Shown here in pieces: positions 15,407 to 24,176 of a DNA stretch of 24,176 nucleotides. This DNA is from a bacterium (GTDB taxonomy: Bacteria; Zixibacteria; MSB-5A5; GN15; FEB-12). Within the stretch, counting starts at the first letter, position 1. Every line of letters starts with the position of its first letter. The translations under genes were made by a program, and so were the position numbers. The stretch spans positions 1 to 24,176 of the forward strand of contig JBDRNJ010000015.1 of the NCBI GenBank assembly GCA_043811375.1, read 5' to 3'. Below the pieces are notes generated by a model. It saw only the letters and a program-made list of their open reading frames with translations. It did not search any database and was not told the DNA's origin.

Positions 15407-15904
15407 TTACTCAGCAAGTTCCAACTCGATTATCGGACTTTCCGTATCAACCTGGTCGCCGGCAGCGAAATTGATCGCCTTGACTTTGCCATTGGCCCGA
15501 CTGTTAACCTGGTTTTCCATTTTCATCGCTTCCACAATCACCAGCGGCTGCTTGACCTCTACCTCATCGCCAACCGCCACCATGATCTTAACGATCTTGC
15601 CGGGCATCGGGGCAAAGACTTTGTCCTTTTCTCCACCGGAATCGCCACCACCCCCGGCACCGACGTCCTCGGACACTTCCCGGACTTCCAGCAACACTGA
15701 ATCTATATCGATGTAGAAGCCGTCCCGGTGTCTGGCGGCGGCGATCAGCATTCGACTACCATTGACAGTAGTGGCATACAGGTTGTCGCCCAGCGGCAAA
15801 AACGTGAACTCCCGGTCACCGACTTTCACTCTCAGCAACTGACCGTCCTTCTCCAGAGTCGAAGCGACCACATCACCATCTATGACGAACTCCCAGTTAC
15901 TCAC
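15407..15904 (-). CDS. Biotin carboxyl carrier protein (separate subunit of acyl-CoA carboxylase)
   Basis: APMPGKIVKIMV..GDEV..QPLVIVEAMKMEN biotinylation motif; GTG start overlaps the biotin carboxylase stop. Confidence 0.92.
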   Translation of the reverse strand: MSNWEFVIDGDVVASTLEKDGQLLRVKVGDREFTFLPLGDNLYATTVNGSRMLIAAARHRDGFYIDIDSVLLEVREVSEDVGAGGGGDSGGEKDKVFAPMPGKIVKIMVAVGDEVEVKQPLVIVEAMKMENQVNSRANGKVKAINFAAGDQVDTESPIIELELAE

Positions 15905-17426
15905 CGATGTTATCCCCTATCTGCCAGTTGCCGATTATCTGCCACGGCGAAGGTCTCTTCGAGACGCCCGCGCCTACACCGGTGTTGGAAATCGCGCCGG
16001 TCGATGATGTAGCCGCCGAGGCAACCGTTGCTGCAGCCACAGCCAGGTCCCGGAAGGTATCACTGTCCAGTTGCCGATCGGACATGTTTTTCTCAATGAA
16101 GTTTGTAAACGTTTGGCCGGCCACAAAATCAGGGTGGGTCATAACATCGATCATGAACCTCTTCGATGTCCTGACACCGAGAATCTTGTAAGCATTAAGT
16201 GCCGCAATCATCCTGGCTATGGCCAGTTCACGAGTGGGGGCATGGACGATCAACTTGGCCATAATGGGATCGTAGTCGATCGTTATCTCCATCCCCTGCT
16301 GCATTCCCGAGTCGACACGCACACCCGGTCCGACCGGTTCACTGTAGTGTACGATTGTTCCCGTCGACGGCAGAAAGTTGTTCTCGCCGTCTTCAGCGTA
16401 AATACGGCATTCGATAGCGTGACCACGTTGGTTGAGATCATCAAATTGATCGCTCAGAGGCAAACCGGCGGCAATCCGAATCTGCTCGATCACCAGGTCG
16501 GTGCCGGTGACCAGTTCCGTTACCGGGTGCTCCACCTGGATACGAGTGTTCATCTCCAGGAAATAGTAGCCGCCGTTTTCATCAAGAAGGAATTCGACCG
16601 TACCGGCGTTGGTGTAGTCGGCAACCTGGGCGACCCTGACGGCATCGGCACCCATCTTTGCTCGAAGCTGATCGTCAAGTGCCACTGAAGGGGTTTCCTC
16701 AATGATCTTCTGGTGCCGACGCTGAATGGAACACTCGCGCTCAAAAACATGAATGGTCTTCCCATGGTGATCGGCCAGAACCTGAAACTCGATATGCCGC
16801 GGATTGACGATATACTTTTCCAGGTAAACGGTGTCGTCATCAAAGGCGTTCTTTGCTTCTCTGCGCGCTGCCTCAACCGCTTCCCCGAGACCGTCGGGTT
16901 TATCAACGACGCGCATACCTTTGCCGCCCCCACCAGCCGCGGCCTTGATCAGCACCGGATAACCCACTTCGGCAGCAATCTGCTCGTATTCGGCCAGATC
17001 AACCGAACTTGTTTTCATCCCGGGAATAAGCGGCACCCCGGCATCGGCCATCTTTATGCGCGATTCCACCTTGTTGCCCAGAAGTCTGATGGCGTCCGGA
17101 GTGGGGCCAATGAACATTATCTTCTCCTCGGCACACCTCTGGGCCAGCAGCGGGTTTTCAGCCAGGAAACCGTAACCGGGATGGATAGCATCACAGCCGG
17201 ACTGCTTCGCGGCATCGATTATCTTCTCGATATCAAGATATGACTCGCGGGGTGGCGCCGGACCGATATGCACCGCTTCGTCGGCAAACAGACGATGTTT
17301 GCTGTTGCGGTCGGCATCGGAATAAACCGCCACCGACGGAATGCCGAGTGTCCGGCAGGCATTCATCACCCGGACGGCGATCTCCGAACGATTGGCGACG
17401 AGGATTTTATTAAACAGCTTTTCCAT
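15897..17426 (-). CDS. Biotin carboxylase subunit (3-methylcrotonyl-CoA carboxylase alpha-like)
   Basis: FNKILVANRSEIAVR, HPGYGFLAEN, KAAAGGGGKGMR, ERECSIQRRHQK, FLEMNTRIQVEHPVTE; true start MEKLF at 17426 (the ORF-track extension reads through REP elements). Confidence 0.93.
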   Translation of the reverse strand: MEKLFNKILVANRSEIAVRVMNACRTLGIPSVAVYSDADRNSKHRLFADEAVHIGPAPPRESYLDIEKIIDAAKQSGCDAIHPGYGFLAENPLLAQRCAEEKIMFIGPTPDAIRLLGNKVESRIKMADAGVPLIPGMKTSSVDLAEYEQIAAEVGYPVLIKAAAGGGGKGMRVVDKPDGLGEAVEAARREAKNAFDDDTVYLEKYIVNPRHIEFQVLADHHGKTIHVFERECSIQRRHQKIIEETPSVALDDQLRAKMGADAVRVAQVADYTNAGTVEFLLDENGGYYFLEMNTRIQVEHPVTELVTGTDLVIEQIRIAAGLPLSDQFDDLNQRGHAIECRIYAEDGENNFLPSTGTIVHYSEPVGPGVRVDSGMQQGMEITIDYDPIMAKLIVHAPTRELAIARMIAALNAYKILGVRTSKRFMIDVMTHPDFVAGQTFTNFIEKNMSDRQLDSDTFRDLAVAAATVASAATSSTGAISNTGVGAGVSKRPSPWQIIGNWQIGDNIGE

Positions 17427-17458
17427 AGTATTTACCGTCACGTACACTGTAACACTTT

Positions 17459-17795
<337 letters not shown>

Positions 17796-17819
17796 AGTTA
17801 CTCATGCAAATAAAACACA

Positions 17820-18602
17820 CTATGTGTGCCACTTCGGCTTCCTCTTGTTCAGAAAGGCGGCCATCCCTTCCTGGCCTTCATCGGATACCCGCAGCCGGGA
17901 GATCATCTCGGCCGTGTAAGTCTTAGCCTGCTGGAGCGTCATTGACGGCACTTCGCCGATTAACTTCTTGGCCATCGCTACAGCTTCCGGACCGGAGGTG
18001 AGGATCGACCTGGTTAATTTTTCAACTTCGTCGTCCAGTTGATCGTCATCGACGACACGATTGACCAGTCCCACTTCGTAGGCACGCTCGGCGCTCATCC
18101 GCTCGCCGGTGATAAACAACTCTCGTGTCCTCCCTCCACCCATCTTCCTGATGACATACGGTCCGATACAGGCCGGCACAATGCCGATCTTAACCTCTGA
18201 GAATGAAAAGACCGCCGAACGAGCGGCAACGGCAATGTCGCAAACGGCCACGAAACCGGTGCCACCACCGATAGCCGCGCCGTTGATCCGACCGACAATC
18301 GGACGCCGACAACTGTGCATATCAAAGAACAGTTCCGCCAGTTCCATCGAATCGGCCAGGTTTTCCTCAAACGACTGACCGGCTACGGACCGCATCCAGT
18401 TCAGATCGGCCCCGGCGGAAAACGATTTGCCGGCACCGGTCAGGATGACCAAACGGATGCTGTCGTCCTTGTCGATCTCAGCAAAGACCTGCCGCATCTC
18501 TGAAATAAGAGCAGCATTGAAGGCGTTGTGCACCTCCGGACGGCTGAAGGTCACCCGGGCGATGCGGTTGGCGACTTCGTAGCTGATAGTTGAAAAGTTC
18601 AT
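17820..18602 (-). CDS. Enoyl-CoA hydratase/isomerase, methylglutaconyl-CoA hydratase (LiuC)-like
   Basis: RPEVHNAFN, FSAGADLNWMR, GAAIGGGTGFVAVCD, FSEVKIGIVPACIGPYVI, EGQEGMAAFLNKRKPKW; lies between the MCC subunit genes. Confidence 0.9.
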   Translation of the reverse strand: MNFSTISYEVANRIARVTFSRPEVHNAFNAALISEMRQVFAEIDKDDSIRLVILTGAGKSFSAGADLNWMRSVAGQSFEENLADSMELAELFFDMHSCRRPIVGRINGAAIGGGTGFVAVCDIAVAARSAVFSFSEVKIGIVPACIGPYVIRKMGGGRTRELFITGERMSAERAYEVGLVNRVVDDDQLDDEVEKLTRSILTSGPEAVAMAKKLIGEVPSMTLQQAKTYTAEMISRLRVSDEGQEGMAAFLNKRKPKWHT

Positions 18603-18621
18603 CCTGATATAATCCTGCGCC

Positions 18622-20229
18622 CTACATCCTGAACACGCCGTATTGCTGATCGGGGATAGGCGCGTTGAGTGACGCCGAAATAGCCAGCGCCAGCGCCTGG
18701 CGGGTTTCTGTCAGGCTGATCATGCCGTCATCCCACAGCCGGGCTCCGGAATAGTACGGTGTCGATTCCTCTTCGTATTGCTTCAGTATCGGCTGCCTGA
18801 TGGCGTCGATTTCTTCTTCGCTGAGTTTGCGGCCTTCTTTCTCCAGTTGCCGAATTTTGACCGATGTCAGCACGCCGGCCGCCTGCTCGCCGCCCATGAC
18901 ACAGATACGGGCATTGGGCCACATCCACAGCAGTCGCGGGAAAAACCCCCGGCCGCACATGGCATAGTTACCGGCGCCGTTGGAGGCGCCTACAATGATT
19001 GTGAACTTGGGTACATCGGCATTGGCCACCGCGTGCACCATCTTGGCACCGTCACGGGCGATACCGCCCGACTCGTACTGCCGTCCAACGATAAAACCGG
19101 AGATGTTCTGCAGGAATATCAGCGGAATTTTGCGCGAGGTGCACAGCTCCACGAAATGCGCCGCCTTGAGCGACGATTCGGAGAACAGAACGCCGTTGTT
19201 GGCGACAAAACCGACCAGGTAACCCATAATCCGGGCAAAACCGGTCACTATCGTCGATCCGTACAATTCCTTGAATTCATGAAAACGCGAACCGTCAACG
19301 ATACGAGCAATGGCTTCGCGGACGTCAAACGGTTTGTGCACGTCGTGCGAGACGACGCCGTACAATTCTTCGGGATCATAGTAGGGGTCTTCCGACTCCG
19401 TCCGGTCAAGTTCGGTGTGGGGCGGGCGATTGAGGTTCTCTACGATATTCCGACATATCTGCAGCGCGTGCTCATCGTTCTGGGCATAATGATCGGTGAC
19501 ACCCGATGTGCGGCAGTGGACGTCGGCGCCACCCAGGTCCTCGGCCGTCACCACTTCACCGGTGGCCGCTTTGACCAGCGGCGGCCCGCCGATGAAAATC
19601 GTCCCCTGTTTGCGGACAATTACGACCTCGTCCGACATAGCCGGCTGGTAAGCACCACCGGCCGTGCAGGACCCGACCACCGCCGATATCTGGGCGATCC
19701 CCTTGGCCGACATGCGCGCCTGGTTGTAAAAAATACGCCCGAAATGATCCTTGTCGGGGAAAGTTCCCTTTTGCAGCGGCAGGAAAATGCCGCCCGAATC
19801 AACCAGGTAGACACACGGCAGGTAATTGTCTTCGGCCACCCGTTGAGCACGGGCATGTTTGAGAATGGTCATCGGGTAGTAGGTGCCGCCCTTGACAGTG
19901 GCATCGTTGACGATCACCATCACTTCCCGTCCGCGCACACATCCGATACCGGTGATAATGCCGGCCGATGGCGCATCGTTGTTGTACATATCATACGCGG
20001 CCAGCGAGCTCAGTTCCAGAAAGGGCGTGTTGCGGTCCAGCAGTCGCGCCAGGCGTTCCCGGGGCAGCAGTTTGCCGCGGTCGGTGTGACGCTTGCGGGC
20101 TTTTTCCGACCCGCCTAATTTTACCTTTTCCAGACGATGTTTGAACTCGGTATGAAAAGCCCGGTTGCGCTGATCGTTTTCCTTAAACAGTTCGGATTTG
20201 GTGTCGATTTTGGATTCTATACGAAACAT
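18622..20229 (-). CDS. 3-methylcrotonyl-CoA carboxylase beta (carboxyltransferase) subunit, LiuB/MccB-like
   Basis: [79 protein letters not shown]-terminal YGVFRM. Confidence 0.94.
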   Translation of the reverse strand: MFRIESKIDTKSELFKENDQRNRAFHTEFKHRLEKVKLGGSEKARKRHTDRGKLLPRERLARLLDRNTPFLELSSLAAYDMYNNDAPSAGIITGIGCVRGREVMVIVNDATVKGGTYYPMTILKHARAQRVAEDNYLPCVYLVDSGGIFLPLQKGTFPDKDHFGRIFYNQARMSAKGIAQISAVVGSCTAGGAYQPAMSDEVVIVRKQGTIFIGGPPLVKAATGEVVTAEDLGGADVHCRTSGVTDHYAQNDEHALQICRNIVENLNRPPHTELDRTESEDPYYDPEELYGVVSHDVHKPFDVREAIARIVDGSRFHEFKELYGSTIVTGFARIMGYLVGFVANNGVLFSESSLKAAHFVELCTSRKIPLIFLQNISGFIVGRQYESGGIARDGAKMVHAVANADVPKFTIIVGASNGAGNYAMCGRGFFPRLLWMWPNARICVMGGEQAAGVLTSVKIRQLEKEGRKLSEEEIDAIRQPILKQYEEESTPYYSGARLWDDGMISLTETRQALALAISASLNAPIPDQQYGVFRM

Positions 20230-20329
20230 ATCCTACTCTTTCGAATCAATCGTTCTCTTCCGGCCGCAATCAGATAAACCGTTGCCCGTCAACAAAATTA
20301 GCCGATAGTCAGCCGGGTTTTGGATGGGG

Positions 20330-20358
20330 AATATAGGCTTCAAAAGGGGGTTTGGCAA
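20330..20358 (-). promoter_or_regulatory. Putative sigma70 promoter of the leucine-degradation operon
   Basis: TTGCCA-17nt-TATATT, about 100 nt upstream of ATG 20229. Confidence 0.55.
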
Positions 20359-20377
20359 GGAGAGTCTTACGGTTCAA

Positions 20378-21466
20378 TTATGGATCGACCGGACGAACCG
20401 CATGGCCGGTCGACTGCCGTTGAGTCTGTACCGACCGGCCGGCGTCACCAGGGCTTTCGTATAACTCCCGCCACTTCTTCTCAATGACAGACTGCAAACA
20501 ATCGGCCACTGACCGGGATGCATTCCGAGACAATCGCTCGGCCAGTGCCGGTGACTCGACCAGTTGGATGATGCACTCGGCCAACCCGGCCGGGTCGTGG
20601 GATTTGACAATCAGGCCGTTATCGCCGTCAGTCACCACCTCGCTGATACCGCCGGCATCGGTCGTCACTACCGGCAGCCCGGCCGTCAGAGCCTGTATGA
20701 GCGATTCCGGAAGTCCGTCTACGGATGACGCGTTGACATACAGATCGGCCTCGTCCAGACAGCGCGCCTGTTCACGACCATCCACCCTGCCCATAAAAGT
20801 AACGCCGTTTTGTTTAAGGGATCGAACCAGTCGCTGAAGGTCAGCTCGACGGGGACCATCGCCGCAGATGATCAGTTCGGCCCGTGGGTATTTCTGTTTC
20901 ACCCGGGCCATAGCCTCGATAATACAGGCCACGTTGTTGCGGCTTTGCAGCGAACGAGCTACGATGACCTTAGGCTGTATGTGACTGACCAGACGCCGCT
21001 CAAGCAGATCAGGATCAACCGCCGGGGGTATGACAACCGTCGTGACACCATAGCGACCCAGCAGTTCTGCTGCAAACCGGCTGGACACGACCACCCGGTC
21101 ACACAACCGCAGAACCGGCAGCAACCACCAACCGTATTGTTCCAGATCGGTCTCCAGTTGGTTGCGTTTATAGTGCACAATGATCCGCTTCCCCAGGAAT
21201 CGTGATATCAGCAACGGCGGTAGTGCCTGTCTAAGTATCGAAACCTCGGAATCGAGATTGAGCCGGACCGACCGGCAGTTCCTCAGAGTCCTGATGAATT
21301 TCTTCAGAAAGGTGACCGTTTCCCAGCCATTGGCGGGATACCGCAAGCCTGATATTGTCTCAGGTAAGCCGTTGCTCGGAAACAATATATCTATCCCGGC
21401 CGCCCCCTCCCAAGAAGTCGGCTGGGAAGATTGCGTTTGAAATCTGAGATTGTTGCTCATTATCAT
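20378..21466 (-). CDS. Glycosyltransferase family 4 (GT-B fold)
   Basis: LIICGDGPRRADL, VTFMGRV, ADLYVNASSVDGLPESLIQALTAGLPVVTTDAGGISEVVTDGDNGLIV. Confidence 0.88.
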   Translation of the reverse strand: MIMSNNLRFQTQSSQPTSWEGAAGIDILFPSNGLPETISGLRYPANGWETVTFLKKFIRTLRNCRSVRLNLDSEVSILRQALPPLLISRFLGKRIIVHYKRNQLETDLEQYGWWLLPVLRLCDRVVVSSRFAAELLGRYGVTTVVIPPAVDPDLLERRLVSHIQPKVIVARSLQSRNNVACIIEAMARVKQKYPRAELIICGDGPRRADLQRLVRSLKQNGVTFMGRVDGREQARCLDEADLYVNASSVDGLPESLIQALTAGLPVVTTDAGGISEVVTDGDNGLIVKSHDPAGLAECIIQLVESPALAERLSRNASRSVADCLQSVIEKKWRELYESPGDAGRSVQTQRQSTGHAVRPVDP

Positions 21467-21596
21467 ATCATCCGGTCAATTTGCGTTCACACCGCAGTAT
21501 TACTTTGTACCCAGGAAGTGACATTTGGTTTGCAGCGAATAGGTCATGGGATAGATCATTTTATCCTTACCCGATCTCAGATTCTTTTCACCGTTA

Positions 21597-21685
21597 CGGC
21601 AGGTCTTGGCGTCGCCGCAGGCGGTGGTGTGACCTGCCGCCTGACTAATTCGTCAGGTCACACGGCTTTGCCGCAAGATCTAACG
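21597..21685. repeat. Pair of related palindromic elements in inverted orientation (REP-like)
   Basis: cggcaggtc...gacctgccg (21597-21639); second unit cgtcaggtcacac...caagatctaacg resembles the reverse complement of the first. Confidence 0.45.
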
Positions 21686-21899
21686 AAACAGAATTGAGAT
21701 CGCCAAGCCCGACTTCGGAGAACTCGCGATAGTGGATACAATAAATGCCGCTTGCGGCCGGTTACCATCGGCGAAAAGGAAGGGTTGACCGAAGCGCTCA
21801 ACCGGCTCTTATTGCGGCGGTCCCAGAAACAATTGAGGTAAATGGGCCGTAAGGCATTAGTACAATGATATCCGCTATATCCAACAGGAGTAATCGCCA

Positions 21900-22991
21900 A
21901 TGATCAAGAAAGTGCTCGCTATCATTTCCGTTGTTGTAGTGATCGGGGCTGTCCTCTTCTTTGCCATCGACGGCGCCGCCAAGAAAGAAGATGGGTACAA
22001 AACCGTAGCGGTCGAGAAAGGGTCGATTATCGACAAGGCGCTGGCGGTCGGCCGTATCGAACCTAAGAGAGAAATCTCCATCAAGTCCAAAATATCCGGC
22101 ATCGTGGGGAAGGCCTACGTTGATATCGGCGATAAAGTCAGGGCCGGTGATCCCCTCTTTGATATTGCCCCCGACCCGACTCCGGTCGAGTTCGCCGAGG
22201 CCAAACGACAGGTCGAGCTGTACCAGGTAACTTTTGACAATACTAAGCGAGAATACGACCGTGCCCAGACGCTGCTGGATAAACAATTGATATCCAACCA
22301 GGAGTATGACATCACCCGAGCCGGTTACGACGAGGCCGAACTGCGGCTGAAACTGTCCCAGGAGAAGCTGTCGCTGATTGAATCCGGGCATACCGAGATC
22401 GCCGACCGCACTGTGGACAATACCATCAAATCCCCTATCGACGGGATGGTGCTGTCGTTGCTGGTCGAAGAGGGCGACCCGATAGTACCCCTGACATCGT
22501 ACCAGGCCGGAACCGACCTGATGACGCTGGCGCAAATGGACGACCTGATTTTCAAGGGTAACGTCGACGAGATCGATGTCGGCAAGCTGTACATCGGCAT
22601 GACGACCGAGATCGAAATCGGGGCCGTCTCCGGAGACAAGATCAATGGTCTGCTGAAGAAAATCTCTCCCAAGGCCCACCGTGAAGAAGGTTCGACGCTT
22701 TTTGGCGTGGAGATTGAAATCGACGGTGACGTCGGCAGCCTGCGCGCCGGCTACAGCGCCAATGCCGACGTGATCATCAACAAGAAGGAAGATATCCTCC
22801 TGATCCCGGAGCGGCTGGTTTCAATGGAAGATTCAGTGGCCACGGTTGAGGTCGAAGATTCCTTGGGGGTGGTGGCTACCGTGGAGATCGAAACCGGCCT
22901 GTCCGACGGTATTAACATCGAGGTCGTGACCGGTCTGGCGGAGGGCGACCTGATAGTGGAGCGTCCTCCAAAAGAGATCACTGCCGATTAG
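21900..22991 (+). CDS. Efflux periplasmic adaptor subunit (MacA/HlyD-family membrane fusion protein)
   Basis: N-terminal TM anchor; GRIEP..EISIKSKISGIV..VDIGDKVRAGDPL; coiled coil; IKSPIDGMVL; VDEIDVGKL; ETGLSDGINIEVVTGLAEGD; AGGAG RBS. Confidence 0.9.
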   Translation: MIKKVLAIISVVVVIGAVLFFAIDGAAKKEDGYKTVAVEKGSIIDKALAVGRIEPKREISIKSKISGIVGKAYVDIGDKVRAGDPLFDIAPDPTPVEFAEAKRQVELYQVTFDNTKREYDRAQTLLDKQLISNQEYDITRAGYDEAELRLKLSQEKLSLIESGHTEIADRTVDNTIKSPIDGMVLSLLVEEGDPIVPLTSYQAGTDLMTLAQMDDLIFKGNVDEIDVGKLYIGMTTEIEIGAVSGDKINGLLKKISPKAHREEGSTLFGVEIEIDGDVGSLRAGYSANADVIINKKEDILLIPERLVSMEDSVATVEVEDSLGVVATVEIETGLSDGINIEVVTGLAEGDLIVERPPKEITAD

Positions 22992-23013
22992 TCGGCTTAA
23001 TGGAACTCCGGCT

Positions 23014-24176
23014 ATGATTCATCTGCTGACAGTCAGACAATTCTTCAACGACATTCGCCGTCAGAAGCTGCGGACGGCTTTGACGATGTTCGGCATTTTC
23101 TGGGGCACCTGCTCCATCGTGCTTCTGTTTGCCTTCGGCAAAGGCATTACCGATGCCCAGATCAAATCACAAAAAGGTCTCGGCGACAACATTGCCATTG
23201 TCTGGCCGGGGGTCACCTCCCAGGAGTTTCACGGACTGCCCAAGGGACGCAACATCCGGCTGACTGAGGATGATATCCGATTTCTGAAGGATCGCGCCAC
23301 CACCATTTCGCGTATTTCGCCCGAGTTTCAAAAGTGGAGTGTGCGGATGAAATACGGCAAGCAAAGTACGCTGCGCTATGTCGGCGGCGTCTGGCCGGAG
23401 TTTGCCGACATGCGTAATGTTATTCCTGCCGAGGGCTCGCGCTTCATCAATGAACGCGATATCGCTGAAAAACGCCGGGTGATTTTCCTGGGCAACACTC
23501 TCAAGAATGACCTGTTTGACAAGGAGGAAGCGGTCGGTGAGCGTATCCTGGTCAACGGGACGCCATTCACGGTGATTGGTATCATGAAAGAGAAAGAGCA
23601 GAACAGTTCCTACACCGGTCGCGACAACCGACATTCCTGGATACCGGCCTCAACCTTCAAGGCGATGTTCTCGCGGACGCATATCAATCTTTTCATCGCC
23701 CAGGCACCGCCGACACTCAGTATGGAAGTAACCAAGCAGGAAATACACCGGCTGCTGGGTGCCCGTCTGCGCTTTGATCCCGAGGACAGCGAAGTCCTGG
23801 GAATATGGGACACCACCCGTGGTATTGCTTTCCTGAAAACGTTTTTCCTGGCCTTTCGCTATTTTCTCATCGGGATAGGTGTCGCCACGTTAATCACCGG
23901 CGGCATTGGCGTCTCCAATATCATGAACGTAGTGCTGGAAGAGCGCACCAAAGAGATCGGTATCAAGATGGCACTGGGAGCTCGCAAGAGCATGATATTG
24001 ACACAGTTCGTGATGGAAACCCTGTTGATCACGGCCGTGGGCGGATTGCTGGGTTTCCTGTTTGCGTACGGTCTGGTGCAGGTGGTACCCATGTTCGAAC
24101 TGGAGGAATATATCGGCGTCCCCCGGGTGGACGTCTGGGGCGGCATCATGGTTGTCATAGTGTTGGGTCTGATCGG
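23014..24176 (+). CDS. ABC transporter permease, MacB/FtsX family (3' end beyond the window; absent from the ORF track)
   Basis: Translated by hand from ATG 23014: MIHLLTVRQFFNDIRRQKLRTALTMFGIFWGT...GGIGVSNIMNVVLEERTKEIGIKMALGARKSMILTQFVMET; no stop seen before the window end. Confidence 0.9.
   Translation, partial: MIHLLTVRQFFNDIRRQKLRTALTMFGIFWGTCSIVLLFAFGKGITDAQIKSQKGLGDNIAIVWPGVTSQEFHGLPKGRNIRLTEDDIRFLKDRATTISRISPEFQKWSVRMKYGKQSTLRYVGGVWPEFADMRNVIPAEGSRFINERDIAEKRRVIFLGNTLKNDLFDKEEAVGERILVNGTPFTVIGIMKEKEQNSSYTGRDNRHSWIPASTFKAMFSRTHINLFIAQAPPTLSMEVTKQEIHRLLGARLRFDPEDSEVLGIWDTTRGIAFLKTFFLAFRYFLIGIGVATLITGGIGVSNIMNVVLEERTKEIGIKMALGARKSMILTQFVMETLLITAVGGLLGFLFAYGLVQVVPMFELEEYIGVPRVDVWGGIMVVIVLGLI

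Noticed and set aside
15407..17426. Split biotin carboxylase and biotin carrier as a frameshifted pseudogene
   Set aside because: Both ORFs are intact with overlapping stop and start; split architectures are common in acyl-CoA carboxylases
18778..20118. 446-aa plus-strand ORF
   Set aside because: Antisense shadow of the well-supported carboxyltransferase gene; no recognizable motifs
21798..22679. 293-aa minus-strand ORF
   Set aside because: Antisense shadow of the periplasmic adaptor gene

Overview
Bacterial chromosomal window, moderately GC-rich, from a diderm organism (it encodes an outer-membrane porin and a lipoprotein). The left flank is a minus-strand operon: GlmU-like sugar nucleotidyltransferase, galT-family nucleotidyltransferase, glgA. 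The right flank holds a leucine-degradation 3-methylcrotonyl-CoA carboxylase cluster (carboxyltransferase, enoyl-CoA hydratase, biotin carboxylase, separate biotin carrier), a GT4 glycosyltransferase and a MacA/MacB-type exporter. The main result lies between them: about 10.7 kb bounded by a tRNA-Met(CAT) gene (15208-15281, minus) and an exact 29-bp copy of its 3' end (4498-4526), the signature of a tRNA-integrated genomic island. Its intact cargo consists only of electron-transfer genes: an ImcH-like NapC/NirT 7-heme membrane cytochrome, a CbcL-like 21-heme c/b fusion, a c554-like periplasmic cytochrome, and an MtrA/MtrB-like porin-cytochrome pair with a multiheme lipoprotein. Together these could form a complete quinone-pool-to-cell-surface extracellular electron transfer chain (45 canonical CxxCH plus 3 atypical motifs). 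No intact integrase is visible. Only putative arm/Xis-type repeats, an IS481-like remnant and an orphan cytochrome fragment remain. All family assignments come from motif recognition by eye, not from database searches.
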